Source: Candidatus Brocadiia bacterium (lineage in GTDB: Bacteria; Planctomycetota; Brocadiia; SM23-32). Taken from it: 64,000 nucleotides of DNA. Within the stretch, counting starts at the first letter, position 1, and every line of letters begins with the position of its first letter. This document shows positions 8,868 to 19,266 of this stretch, one piece after another. The stretch spans positions 1 through 64,000 of the forward strand of contig JBKHIT010000006.1 of the NCBI GenBank assembly GCA_046538485.1, in the 5' to 3' direction. Under the pieces are notes generated by a model that did not search any database, was not told where the DNA came from, and was given only the letters and a program-made list of their open reading frames with translations. The position numbers and the translations under genes are program-made.

Positions 8868-10124
8868 TTATTCAAGTTTTCTCAGTAATTCCTGAGGCAA
8901 AGTGGCTCGCACAATCGTTTCCACCTTCATCTGTAATTTGCCATTTTCCCCGCGTTGGTAGTACCCCCGGACGACAACTCCTTTATGGTGATTGCAAAAA
9001 AGCTCCGGAAGCCCCGTATTCTTGTTTTTCAACAATACGTAGCTGATTTTCGCTTTAGATCTATCGTAAGGGCATCGGAACAGGCCAGCTGCAGATTTCT
9101 TGTCCTCCGAACTCACCTTGCGTCCATAACCCGAGACAACTTTCCACTGTCGACGCGGATTCGAAAGTTCCCGGCGCAGGTGCTCCAGGCTTCGAAATCG
9201 CCTTGCACTCCCATAACATCCTAAAGCTATTGTACCCAACAATTCCATGTTGCTCCGGCATAGTTCCGTTGCACCAGGTTGCAGTTTCTTAACATATTGT
9301 ATCCACTTGCGCTCAAGTCGCCGATAATCTACCCCAAAACTCGCTCGAAATGCTTTTTCAGCGTCCTTGTCCTGAGACAATTTTTTCAAATACGCAAACA
9401 GACGCTTGCGGTAACGGCCTCTCTCGGAATGCAGCAAAAAATGGACGACCGACCAGGCTTCGCAATATTGAAGGGAAGAAAGACTTTCACTGTTTCGCAC
9501 ATGCCCGAGCCACTGTTCGCTTTTGCGCTCAAATAATTTCTCAAAACTGATGTGTCTTTTCTCTTTGATGGCCCTTTTAACGACAAAAATGCGATTCCGG
9601 GGCACCAGGCCCGTCTCAAAACTGTCACCATCCCACGTTGCTTCAGAAAAATAAACTGCAAAACCCTCGTTAAGCCACAGTGGGACGTTCCGGGTTACAC
9701 AGCTGAACAAAAATTGGTGAAATCCTTCATGATACAAAGTCCGAAATGCTTCCTCTTCCGTGTGGCCTTCCAGATACGCTCCAAGCCATTTCTGATCCGG
9801 CAAAAAAGCACCGGTTGAGCCGACGAGATCTTCAGGCACAGCGTGGTTGTAATCTTTCTCCTTGCTGTAAACCCTGACCTCGAAACGTTTATGTTCCTTC
9901 AAACCATAGTCGCGGAAACGACGTGCATATTCGCCGTAAATAGATTCCATGTGTTGCGCAACAAGGTGCGCAATGCGTTTCCCCGCGTCCGTTTTGATGG
10001 TGTAATGCCGCGTATTGAACGCGTAAGGTAAGTCTCGTGCAACGCCTTGCCCTGCGCCAATAACAAACAGTAACGCAACAAAACCGAGCACTGGAGTCCA
10101 TTTATGTTTCGTACTTATATGCAT
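8868..10124 (-). CDS. Secreted DUF1570/gluzincin-like metallopeptidase (paralog of downstream gene)
   Basis: Signal peptide, LYHEGFHQF, WLNEGFAVYF, YCEAWSVVHFL; start uncertain (10124 or 10169). Confidence 0.8.
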   Translation of the reverse strand: MHISTKHKWTPVLGFVALLFVIGAGQGVARDLPYAFNTRHYTIKTDAGKRIAHLVAQHMESIYGEYARRFRDYGLKEHKRFEVRVYSKEKDYNHAVPEDLVGSTGAFLPDQKWLGAYLEGHTEEEAFRTLYHEGFHQFLFSCVTRNVPLWLNEGFAVYFSEATWDGDSFETGLVPRNRIFVVKRAIKEKRHISFEKLFERKSEQWLGHVRNSESLSSLQYCEAWSVVHFLLHSERGRYRKRLFAYLKKLSQDKDAEKAFRASFGVDYRRLERKWIQYVKKLQPGATELCRSNMELLGTIALGCYGSARRFRSLEHLRRELSNPRRQWKVVSGYGRKVSSEDKKSAAGLFRCPYDRSKAKISYVLLKNKNTGLPELFCNHHKGVVVRGYYQRGENGKLQMKVETIVRATLPQELLRKLE

Positions 10125-10321
10125 CGGCAAAGTTCTCAGTTTGGCATATAGTGGATAAGAAACTCTCAAATACGCTCGTTAGAGTGTACATTACATATCT
10201 ATTTTACGGTCCTTTACACAACCGTTCAACACATCAGTCTTCTTCTGAGATCTTAACTAAATGCTTGAAATTTGCGATCTTGTGCAAGGGAAGCTAAACT
10301 TAGATGAAGGAAACACACAAA

Positions 10322-13300
10322 ATGAGCGCTTATTCGATCAAAATAGTGCCCCTCGTTTCTGCCTGCATCCTTTGCATCCTTCAAGCTCCTGGGCCTGCGG
10401 CAGAGCCACAGGATAAGCGCCAACGTTTCTTTACCGATGTTTATAATGTTATCGAAAAAGAATCCGGCCCCCACGAAAAAGCCACCTGCCTGATCCGACT
10501 CGCCATCGAATATAAAAAAGCTGGCTATTCCGAAACCGCTTCCGATCTCATCACAAAAGCGCTCAGTGCCTACCGTGATGACCCCTGGGCCGCATCTCAT
10601 CTCAAGCGCCTTGCCAGCCAACTACTCAAGGCAAAAATGTTCGCCCAGGCGGAAAGGGTTATCGAGTCTATTACGGATCATTCTTCGAAAGCTTCCGCTC
10701 TGGCCGAACTTGCAAAGTTCCATGCTCTGGCCGGCCACCACACCGACTCGATTAAGATTATCGCCCGCACTTTCAATGAATGGGAAGACACGGAAGGCTA
10801 TCACAAACGGCGCAACACGCTAAGTGAAATCAGGAGAGCTCTCCGGCAACTCGGCAAATCCTCTGAAACACGGGATATCTTTCTCCGCCTGATCGATGCG
10901 AGTTCAAAACTCGACAAAAGCAGGTCGGGAACAATCCTCAGTGACATTGGCCAAACAGCTTTCCGAAGCGGTTTCCCGGAGTTGGCCGAACGCGCCCTTT
11001 CTTACATAAGCGATCAGCAGCAACGCACGCGCGCTTTTATCAACATAGCACAGACCGCTGCTGACTCAGGCCAGAGGGAACGCGCTCGTCAACAACTTCA
11101 GCTGGCCATGGAAAACGCGACCAAATGTGGTTCTACGCAGACAACGGTCTTCCTCCTCACTTCTGTGGCGCAGAAAGCTTCCGATATCGGTTTTCGCGCC
11201 CTCGCCGAAAAAGCCGCCAGAAAAGCCAGTAAGGCCGCCGAAAAGGCGCAAGGTTCGCGACTTGAAAGTTACACTGGATTTGCGCGCGCAAAAGCATGGT
11301 TAAGCGCTGGCAGGCCTGATGTTGCACTTGAAGAGACGAACAAAATGACGGAAAGCAGTTTCAAAAACATTGCCCTTAATCGTATCGCCGCATATTACGC
11401 CGAAAAAGGCCAGCATGAAAAAGCGCTTGCGCTGATTGAAAAGTTCTCGTCCGACAATAAAAACGCCTTTGCCCTCAATACGATATGTGAGGGCCTTGCA
11501 AAAATAGGAGAGTATGAAAGGGCGAAAGCGCTTTTGAAACGCATTGACAACCCGCAAACCCAGCAACAAACGGCTATCCAGGCAGCTAAACAGGCGATTG
11601 CACGCAGTGATGTCGAAGATGCCATCAGTTTCAGCGGCGTTTTCAAAAAACGCCAGGACCGTGATAGGGCACTCGCAGCGACGCTAACTGACGCGCTGGA
11701 AAATCTTTCACCCCAGAACGTCAAAGCGCTGTCCCGAATAGAAAAACTCGCCGATTCGATAAAGGCTAAAAGCCGACGCAACAAAGTTTTTCTTGCACTT
11801 GCCGAAAACTATCTTAAAAACGGAATGGGACAAAAAGCCGAGCAACTCGCTATTTCGCTCGCTCACGCTGAGTTCGACACACTCCCTGACTATGTTAACG
11901 CCGGCAAAATACTGGCAAGAGTCGGCAGAAGAGAGGCCGCTCGCAAAAAATTCCACCTGGCGCTGAGAAAAGCCCGCGGAATTGGATGTGGTACCTGTCG
12001 CTCCAAGAACCTTGCCAACATATACGAGGCTATGGTTGAATCCGAAATGGGCCAGGAAGCATACACTCAGTTTCAGGACCTCGCCAGTGCGTCTCAACTC
12101 ATTCACTCTTATCTGCGGAGTGCTGAGAAAGCACTTAAAAATGGAGAGATGGAAAGAGGACGGGAAATTGCCCTTAAAGCGCTACGCTCATGTGTTGACC
12201 TACCCGACACCCAACAGATTGTTGAAACTGTCCTGCAAATCGGTGAGGTGTACGAAAACCATGATCTCTCGTGGTCGGGCTCCGAGTCCAAGGCCATAAA
12301 AAAGCTGGAACAAACGATTAAAAGCCGTCAGGTTTACGAAGGAAGCCAGGTCGCACGCGAAGGCGTAGCATACCTGCTGTATTTTCATCAGCCCGGTTGC
12401 CCCGAGTGCAAAGATGTTTCGGAACTTTTGAAGAAAATGGAAGACCGGTTTGAGCTGAGGGTCAAAAAAATGGACCTCATGAAGCGTCATGCACTGGAAT
12501 TGAACAAGGGACTCTGCGAGAAGCTGGACCTGCCCGGCCGGCAACACGGCATGGCACCCTCCATTTTCGCCTCGAACGGAGCACTGGTTGGCCGAAATAT
12601 CACCACAGGCGCACTCACCCGGCTGATCCGCAAAGCAAGCGGCAAAGTGCCCCCCTGGAAATATGAATCCGCCCTCACCCTCCGGGGTAAAGCTGCCCTG
12701 CACGACAAATCAGTCCCCCTCTCTTTGGTGCTGATTGCGGGCTTGGGCGATGGGTTCAATCCGTGTGCTTTCGCCGTCATCGTCTTTTTCGCCACCTACA
12801 TGGCTTTTGTAGGCCATTCCCGGCGCGAAATTGCCCTCGCAGGAATCGTCTACACCGCCGCCGTTTTCCTCACATATCTAACGATTGGGCTCGCTCTGCA
12901 CCTGCTGGCCCGGCAAATCCAGGCACCTCCGATCACGCGAACGATCTTCCATATCGCAATGATCGTTTTGCTCACTCTGGCGGCGGGACTCAGTCTGAAG
13001 GACGGAATTCAGTGCAAGCGCGGGGAGACCGACAAGGTAACGCTCAAGCTCCCGGATAATATCAAGACAAAGATTCATCAACTCATGACCCACCGGGTGC
13101 GCGAAGGCTTAACCATAACCAGCGCACTGGTCCTGGGCGCACTGGTCGGTGTGCTCGAACTGCCCTGCACCGGCCAGACTTACATTACGATAATCTACAA
13201 ACTTCCGGAGAGTTTTGGCACGGCGTTTTTAAAACTTCTCCTTTACAATCTTTGTTTCATCCTCCCGCTGGTAGGCGTCTTCTTATTCGTCCTCTTTGGA

Positions 13301-13414
13301 GCTACCAGTCAGCAGGTTTCCTCATTTTTCCAGAAACACCTGGCCAAAACCAAATTCGGCCTGGCCGGTGTTTTCCTCATGCTGGCCATCTATCTCGTCT
13401 GGACACTGCCCTAA
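10322..13414 (+). CDS. TPR-like repeat + thioredoxin + CcdA/DsbD-type membrane domain fusion
   Basis: Signal peptide, long Ala-rich helical repeats, YFHQPGCPEC thioredoxin motif, DGFNPCAF and ELPCTG in a multi-TM C-terminus. Confidence 0.75.
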   Translation: MSAYSIKIVPLVSACILCILQAPGPAAEPQDKRQRFFTDVYNVIEKESGPHEKATCLIRLAIEYKKAGYSETASDLITKALSAYRDDPWAASHLKRLASQLLKAKMFAQAERVIESITDHSSKASALAELAKFHALAGHHTDSIKIIARTFNEWEDTEGYHKRRNTLSEIRRALRQLGKSSETRDIFLRLIDASSKLDKSRSGTILSDIGQTAFRSGFPELAERALSYISDQQQRTRAFINIAQTAADSGQRERARQQLQLAMENATKCGSTQTTVFLLTSVAQKASDIGFRALAEKAARKASKAAEKAQGSRLESYTGFARAKAWLSAGRPDVALEETNKMTESSFKNIALNRIAAYYAEKGQHEKALALIEKFSSDNKNAFALNTICEGLAKIGEYERAKALLKRIDNPQTQQQTAIQAAKQAIARSDVEDAISFSGVFKKRQDRDRALAATLTDALENLSPQNVKALSRIEKLADSIKAKSRRNKVFLALAENYLKNGMGQKAEQLAISLAHAEFDTLPDYVNAGKILARVGRREAARKKFHLALRKARGIGCGTCRSKNLANIYEAMVESEMGQEAYTQFQDLASASQLIHSYLRSAEKALKNGEMERGREIALKALRSCVDLPDTQQIVETVLQIGEVYENHDLSWSGSESKAIKKLEQTIKSRQVYEGSQVAREGVAYLLYFHQPGCPECKDVSELLKKMEDRFELRVKKMDLMKRHALELNKGLCEKLDLPGRQHGMAPSIFASNGALVGRNITTGALTRLIRKASGKVPPWKYESALTLRGKAALHDKSVPLSLVLIAGLGDGFNPCAFAVIVFFATYMAFVGHSRREIALAGIVYTAAVFLTYLTIGLALHLLARQIQAPPITRTIFHIAMIVLLTLAAGLSLKDGIQCKRGETDKVTLKLPDNIKTKIHQLMTHRVREGLTITSALVLGALVGVLELPCTGQTYITIIYKLPESFGTAFLKLLLYNLCFILPLVGVFLFVLFGATSQQVSSFFQKHLAKTKFGLAGVFLMLAIYLVWTLP

Positions 13415-13773
13415 CCGGGGCCAGCCGTAACTTGAGCGAAAAGCTGCAGAACCAGCAGAGCCACATTCGACTCATTCTTCGTCACTATCGACCGGCCCTG
13501 CCCGCACAACCTTGACGATTGACCACGTTCCATTGATCGCAAACCCGCATTTTTCACGAACCTAAAGAGATAATTATTAGAAACGGCAGCCCAGAAAGAC
13601 TTTGCACTATATTTCGCATCTGATCTCCGTACACAGTCTGTAATCCGAGTCTAAAAACAGCGGTTCGCCCTCCGGGAGCGCCGCTTGAGAAAAGCGGGGA
13701 AAACCCCCCAGAATGACGGCCAGCCACCAGCTATCCAGACCTTCCCCCTGCAATAGCTGGACGTAATCGCCGG

Positions 13774-14187
13774 TCACGACGCAGTGCCTTCCGCTCGACG
13801 GGCAAACTGAGCGAGGTCGATATTGGAAAGCAGCTTCAACCGTGCCGCTTTCAATTCTTCTCTCAACCACAGAACCGCGTCGCTGTATGGGCTTGTGGGA
13901 AGTTCTCGTTTTCGCTGGTCTGATGGTGGAGAGGCAGCCGCTACGATCTCAGCCACACTGATCATTTCCGGTCGCCGCATGAGCAGATATCCCCCCCCCG
14001 GCCCCTTTTCGCTTCGGACAAGTGCCCTCTCCTTGAGATTCAGCAGTATCTGGGCCAGAAACTTCTCGGGCGCACCTGTCCTCCGGGCAATATCGCTCGC
14101 TCGCACCGGCGAGTCCGGATTGTAATGCCGCGCCAGATCCATCGCCGCCACCAGTGCATATTCGGTTTTACTTCCAAAACTCTTCAT
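13774..14187 (-). CDS. Rrf2-family transcriptional regulator (no Fe-S Cys ligands)
   Basis: KTEYAL, FLAQILLNLK, SEKGPGGGYLL; no cysteines. Confidence 0.9.
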   Translation of the reverse strand: MKSFGSKTEYALVAAMDLARHYNPDSPVRASDIARRTGAPEKFLAQILLNLKERALVRSEKGPGGGYLLMRRPEMISVAEIVAAASPPSDQRKRELPTSPYSDAVLWLREELKAARLKLLSNIDLAQFARRAEGTAS

Positions 14188-14371
14188 CAGCACACTCCCT
14201 TGCTATCCCGTTTGATGCAAATGGGTTAAAAGAAAATGGGCCTCCTGTCAAATGAGTATCGGGGGTGCGTTTATCTCGGCCCCGGTTTCAACAGTTGACG
14301 AAAGAGGCATTTTGGTCTAAAAGATTAACTGTTGTTCAACATTTCAACATCCCGCTGACAGAGAGTCTGGC

Positions 14372-15310
14372 ATGACCGGGAAAGAACGGACAGGTTTTCT
14401 ACTGGCGATATTGGCGGCATTTTTATGGAGCCCGCATTTTTATGCCGTCCAACGTTTCGTAAAACCAGACACCAATCTGATGGTTTTTTATTTCCACGTG
14501 GTCTTCTGGGCAGCGCTCGGGAGTCTCGTGTTTCTCACCCTTGTTGGCCGCCTGGACGAAATATCGGTGTTCAAACGCAACGAATCTCGCTTTTTTCTAC
14601 TGGCTTTGACGGGAGGCTACGGTTTCTGGTTGTTCCGCGCCATCGCGCTCAAAGAGGTCAGCGCGGCTGGCGCCGCCCACATACACATACTTTTCTATGC
14701 AGCCCCCCTGATTTTGGCGCTTTTTACTATACCAGATCCACGGGGAGCGGGTGCGAAAGAACTGGGGTCCCTCGCACTGGGTTTTGTTGGCTGCATTATG
14801 ATTCTGGCTCCGAGTGGAACCGAAAGCCAGGAAAGTCTGCTCGCAGCCGGTCCTGGCACTTCTCTTATTGCCGTTGCTGCCGCGCTTTGTTGGGGGATTT
14901 TCACTTTTGTTTCCCGCGGTCTTTTGCGCAGAGAAAAACCTCTCCCTGTCACCACAGTCGTTTGGAGCATGGGGGCGATATGCCTGCTTGTAACGTGTTT
15001 AAGCACCGGGAATAACCCGCTAGATATCACACGAAACGAATTGTGGATCAGTATGATCCTCGGAATCATCACTGCCGCTCTCTGTTTCATCACGTGGTTG
15101 AAAGCACTCTCGATCGCGGGACCCTGTTTCATCGCACCAGTCTGGTATATCGGCCTTGTGTTCGGTATTCTGTGGTCACGGTGGTTTGCTGGCACTTCCC
15201 CTGGCTGGTGGACAATTGGTGGTGCACTGCTGATACTGCTTGTATCTCGAAGTGGCAGTTCACAAACGCGTGGATCACCCGCTTCGTTGAGCGACCTGCT
15301 TCGCAGTTAA
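14372..15310 (+). CDS. DMT/EamA-family transporter
   Basis: About 10 TM segments in two EamA-like repeats. Confidence 0.8.
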   Translation: MTGKERTGFLLAILAAFLWSPHFYAVQRFVKPDTNLMVFYFHVVFWAALGSLVFLTLVGRLDEISVFKRNESRFFLLALTGGYGFWLFRAIALKEVSAAGAAHIHILFYAAPLILALFTIPDPRGAGAKELGSLALGFVGCIMILAPSGTESQESLLAAGPGTSLIAVAAALCWGIFTFVSRGLLRREKPLPVTTVVWSMGAICLLVTCLSTGNNPLDITRNELWISMILGIITAALCFITWLKALSIAGPCFIAPVWYIGLVFGILWSRWFAGTSPGWWTIGGALLILLVSRSGSSQTRGSPASLSDLLRS

Positions 15311-15342
15311 ATCGACCTGATTCATTCTCCAGAGAAAACACC

Positions 15343-15990
15343 GTGAACATTATCGACATTCTTTTGCCAATTACTGCCTATCTCTACGGCTCCGTTCCTT
15401 TCGGTTTTCTCATGGCAAAATGGGTCAAAGGGGTTGATATTCGGGATGTAGGAAGTGGAAATATTGGGGCGACGAACGCCGCACGCGCTCTGGGGTTCAA
15501 ATTTTTCCCGATCGTTTTTCTACTCGATTTCAGTAAAGGCCTTTTGCCTCCCCTCGCTGCCAGTTTACTGATTAGCTCACAAACCGAATTCAGTCCTCAT
15601 CCTCTCGCGGCAGGTGCTGCAGTCGCTGCCATTCTCGGACATGTTTTTCCTATTTACTTGAAATTTAAGGGTGGTAAAGCTGTCGCAACCGGAACAGGAG
15701 CCTGCCTATTTCTTGCTCATTGGGCCGTTCTCATTGCAGCAGGGGTCTGGGCCGTCGTGTTCCTGATATGGCGGTACGTCTCACTGGCGTCCATTTGTGC
15801 CGCGATTGCTCTCGGAGTTTCCGTTTGGTTCGTTTTTCCGCATGCGCTTGAAGCGGGTATCTTTCGCTCGATTTTCTGTGGGGGAGCGGGGATATTTGTC
15901 ATCATCCTCCACCACGGAAACATTCGGCGGCTAATTTCAGGAACCGAACACAAAATCGGCCACAAAAAACCAAAAACCGAAGAAAGTTAG
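15343..15990 (+). CDS. plsY: Glycerol-3-phosphate acyltransferase PlsY
   Basis: YLYGSVPFG, GSGNIGATN, GHVFPIYLKFKGGKAVAT, HHGNIRRL; GTG start at 15343. Confidence 0.95.
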   Translation: MNIIDILLPITAYLYGSVPFGFLMAKWVKGVDIRDVGSGNIGATNAARALGFKFFPIVFLLDFSKGLLPPLAASLLISSQTEFSPHPLAAGAAVAAILGHVFPIYLKFKGGKAVATGTGACLFLAHWAVLIAAGVWAVVFLIWRYVSLASICAAIALGVSVWFVFPHALEAGIFRSIFCGGAGIFVIILHHGNIRRLISGTEHKIGHKKPKTEES

Positions 15991-16027
15991 AACTCCATCT
16001 TTCCGAGCTGGACGAGTGTCATCCGGA

Positions 16028-17077
16028 TCAGGGAATTTTCTCCTGTGCCGGGGGATTGAGCAGTTGTTCGCGGTTCTCCGAGGAAACGCCAAGTTTTCCC
16101 AGAAAGGTAGATTCCAGAAATTCCCGCAACTGGTCCGGATCACTGTCCTGATCCAGAGGTATGTTTCCCCCTGCCACCATATCGTGGCCTCCCGCCCCGC
16201 CATAATCGCCTACCATTTCATTCAGCAGGTCCCCGGCGTTTGCATCAGTGTCGGTTGTCCGCAGGCACAACAGGAGGACATCCTCTTGTTCACCGGTACA
16301 AAAAACCCAGCGCGTGCCCGCCATAGAGTTCAGAATATCAGCCACCCGCGCGAGCTCATCGTCCGCATTCAACCTCGCCAGGTGGCAGATGGCCAGATCT
16401 TCGTATATTTGGGCGGTCCCCAACGCCGCCGCAAGGGTACTGAAAAACTGTCTTTCAACACGGGGGTGGCGCAGCCGTCCCATCAACACGTGGTTCACTT
16501 TCGGAAGCACTTTGATGTACGCCTCAAGATCCCGCTGGCTCACTTCGCGTCCGAGGTCTTCCGTCTCCGAAGCAATCCCATAGGCGACGGCGGTTGCAAG
16601 ACGTGAATCGTAATCCAACCCCGCTTCTTCTACATACTCAAACGCAACAGTCACAAGCGCTCCATATTCTTCCCGAATATCCATGAACGGAACATTATCT
16701 GTTGCAGCCGGGTGATGATCGAAAACTCCGACAACTTTTGCATTGTCGGGCAAAGAATTATTGCTGAACGAAGGCTGTGTATCAACACATACGAAGTGGT
16801 CTTTCGGATCAATCTTATTGCCCTTAATGTGGGTCAAAGATACGTCCAGCAAATCAACCATCGCCAGGTTATCAGGACGCGCAATGTGGCCGCCATAAAT
16901 CATTTCACCGCGCACATCGGCCGCCTTCCTGAGGATTTTTTCGAGGCACATCGCTGTTGCCATCGCATCGGGATCAGGTGCATCATGCATGAGCAACCAC
17001 ACATGATCGATATCGGCAAGTACGTCACGAAGTTCTTTAACTTTCGCTTTGGTTGTGAGTCGGCTGCTGGATGTCAT
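16028..17077 (-). CDS. DHH/DHHA1 phosphoesterase
   Basis: HDAPDPDA, VDTQP, DHH, GGAGGH motifs; start uncertain (17077 or 17104). Confidence 0.85.
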   Translation of the reverse strand: MTSSSRLTTKAKVKELRDVLADIDHVWLLMHDAPDPDAMATAMCLEKILRKAADVRGEMIYGGHIARPDNLAMVDLLDVSLTHIKGNKIDPKDHFVCVDTQPSFSNNSLPDNAKVVGVFDHHPAATDNVPFMDIREEYGALVTVAFEYVEEAGLDYDSRLATAVAYGIASETEDLGREVSQRDLEAYIKVLPKVNHVLMGRLRHPRVERQFFSTLAAALGTAQIYEDLAICHLARLNADDELARVADILNSMAGTRWVFCTGEQEDVLLLCLRTTDTDANAGDLLNEMVGDYGGAGGHDMVAGGNIPLDQDSDPDQLREFLESTFLGKLGVSSENREQLLNPPAQEKIP

Positions 17078-17213
17078 TCGTGACAGCTTTCTTTGGAAGC
17101 GCACTTATACGAGGAGGAAATTGCTCTAATTTCTCTTCTATAAAAGTCCTATCTTCTACTGTGAGTTCCGATAATTGTTCCGTGATCAAACCCCGGATAA
17201 TGCCAAACTGCTT

Positions 17214-18257
17214 TTATACAACGACAGGCAGATGGAATCCGCAGTGCGGACACCTATCACCCTCCAGCTTACTTTCAGTCTCCCCGAGCACGCCTCTCTG
17301 TATTACGCTGTGGCCACAATTGGGGCAAACCGTATCCCGGCCTTCGGGAAGAGCAATGTTTCCAGCGTAAACGTACTGCAGACCTTCTTCTCTTCCGATT
17401 TCTATCGCGCATCGAATCGTCTCGCGCGGGGTAGGATTGATGTCCTGTGCTTCAAAATCAGGATGGAACCGGGTTACATGCCAGGGCAAATCCTCGGATA
17501 TCCCACTCAGAAACGACGCAATACTGGACAATTCATCGTCGGAGTCATTCAATCCCGGGACAACCAGAGTCGTCACTTCAACATGAATACCAGCCTTATA
17601 CATATTCTTAATTGTTTCTAAAACTGGTTCCAACCTCGCCCCACACTTTTCTTTATAAAAATCATCCGAAAAACTCTTAAGATCGATGTTAGCAGCATCG
17701 ATAAGCCCTTGCATTGTGTCAACCGCTTCCGGAGTCTGATAACCGTTTGTCACAAATACATTTTTTAGCCCATCCTTCTGGGCCAGACGCGCCGTGTCCA
17801 GGGCATATTCCATGAAAATGGTGGGCTCCGTGTAGGTGTAGCAGACGCTCTGGCACTTTTCGACCTTTGCTTTCTCCACAACATGCGATGGATCAGTATA
17901 AGCGATCTGATTGAGATCACCTATTCCATTGCTATGGGAAATACGCCAGTTCTGGCACCATGGACACCGGAAGTTACATCCCGGGGTTGCAATTGAGTAC
18001 GACCGCGACCCGGGTTGAAAATGGTAGAGTGGCTTTTTCTCGATAAACTCAACACTCGAGGTCACAAGATGGCCGTAGACTAGGCTGTAAAGTGTACCTT
18101 GCCGGTTTTCCCGCACCCCACAAAAACCTCTATGGTCCTCCGATATGGTGCACCTGTGATTGCACAAAAAACAATCTACAACGTCACCGTCCTGGGACCA
18201 GAGAATGGCTTCTCTCAGATTCCGTTGCATGAAGAAAATTGGCTTTCTAACCTGCAT
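17214..18257 (-). CDS. amrS: AmmeMemoRadiSam system radical SAM enzyme
   Basis: CFLCNHRC...CGVR, IEKKPLYHF, CNFRCPWCQNW, YTYTEPTI, C-terminal CxxC pairs. Confidence 0.9.
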   Translation of the reverse strand: MQVRKPIFFMQRNLREAILWSQDGDVVDCFLCNHRCTISEDHRGFCGVRENRQGTLYSLVYGHLVTSSVEFIEKKPLYHFQPGSRSYSIATPGCNFRCPWCQNWRISHSNGIGDLNQIAYTDPSHVVEKAKVEKCQSVCYTYTEPTIFMEYALDTARLAQKDGLKNVFVTNGYQTPEAVDTMQGLIDAANIDLKSFSDDFYKEKCGARLEPVLETIKNMYKAGIHVEVTTLVVPGLNDSDDELSSIASFLSGISEDLPWHVTRFHPDFEAQDINPTPRETIRCAIEIGREEGLQYVYAGNIALPEGRDTVCPNCGHSVIQRGVLGETESKLEGDRCPHCGFHLPVVV

Positions 18258-18337
18258 CGCACGCAGGTTATATCAAACGCTGAGTATTGTTACGCAAGTA
18301 TGAACACCGTTCCAAGAAATTCTTTACAGCGCACCAG

Positions 18338-18523
18338 CTATCCTCCAACTATTATTGCGTCCGCCGGGCATTCTTCCGCCGCTTCCTCCACAGCATCCTC
18401 GTATTCAGGAGGGACAGTATCCACAATCACCTCCGCGAATTCATCTCCCATCTCAAAAACGTCCGGACAGATCTCAACACAGCGTTCACAAGCAATGCAG
18501 TCTTCCGTAACTGTCACGTTCAC
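18338..18523 (-). CDS. Single-cluster ferredoxin
   Basis: CIACERCVEICPDVF...CPADAI; GTG start after AAGGAGAGG. Confidence 0.92.
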   Translation of the reverse strand: MNVTVTEDCIACERCVEICPDVFEMGDEFAEVIVDTVPPEYEDAVEEAAEECPADAIIVGG

Positions 18524-18832
18524 AGTTCCTCTCCTTATTTGAGAAATGAGTATATCAATATCAATTTTGGCGACAGGAATAGCCCGCAACAATATCCCGT
18601 CAGCAAAACTCAGTTTAGGCCGCCGGAACTAAAAGTGTCAAACGAGGCGCCTGTCTCCGCGCCTCTAACTGTGCAATCACAATCTTCTACTTGCTTCAGG
18701 GACGGATCTCGCCCTCACCTTGAGAAAAAACGGACCGATATTCATTCCCTCTTTGACGCTCCTCTTTGTCGTTATTAAAATGAAAAGCATATCAGTGCAC
18801 ATGCCACTGGCATTCGATAAGGAGAAGCACCG

Positions 18833-19240
18833 ATGGCCGCAGTTGAATGTCGCCTGGCCAAAATCGTTATGAGCGAAAGCCATGATCGGCAGGTCGTCGT
18901 CCTGGAAGAGAAAGAAGGGGCACGGCGCTTCCCGATTATTATCGGGTTTTTCGAGGTCTTTGCCATCCACCGTTTTGTGAACGGCGAACCCCCGCCCCGT
19001 CCCCTCACCCACGAATTGATCGGAAATATCCTTCAGGGTATAGATGTAACGGTTGACCGCATCATTGTAAATGACCTTCACGACATGACGTTTTACGCCC
19101 GCCTGATCCTCAAAAAAGACGGGCAGACATTTGATGTCGACAGTCGTCCCAGCGATGCAATTGCCCTGGCTGTGCAGATGGATGCGCCTATCTATGTGGA
19201 AGAAGATGTCATCGAAGAAGCCTCACAGGATTTCGAGTAG
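18833..19240 (+). CDS. Bifunctional nuclease family protein (DUF151)
   Basis: PIIIG, PRPLTHEL, DSRPSDAIALA. Confidence 0.92.
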   Translation: MAAVECRLAKIVMSESHDRQVVVLEEKEGARRFPIIIGFFEVFAIHRFVNGEPPPRPLTHELIGNILQGIDVTVDRIIVNDLHDMTFYARLILKKDGQTFDVDSRPSDAIALAVQMDAPIYVEEDVIEEASQDFE

Positions 19241-19266
19241 TCCCTATCTTTCCTCCCATTTTTTTA

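Noticed and set aside
13607..13777. 56-aa GTG ORF overlapping the Rrf2 stop
   Set aside because: No recognisable motif or clear RBS; cannot be supported.
15043..15342. N-terminal extensions in the ORF track (plsY; likewise ptsH, IIA, ferredoxin, coaD, GntR 37654)
   Set aside because: They overlap neighbours or lack an RBS; family homology starts at the downstream starts used in the feature list.
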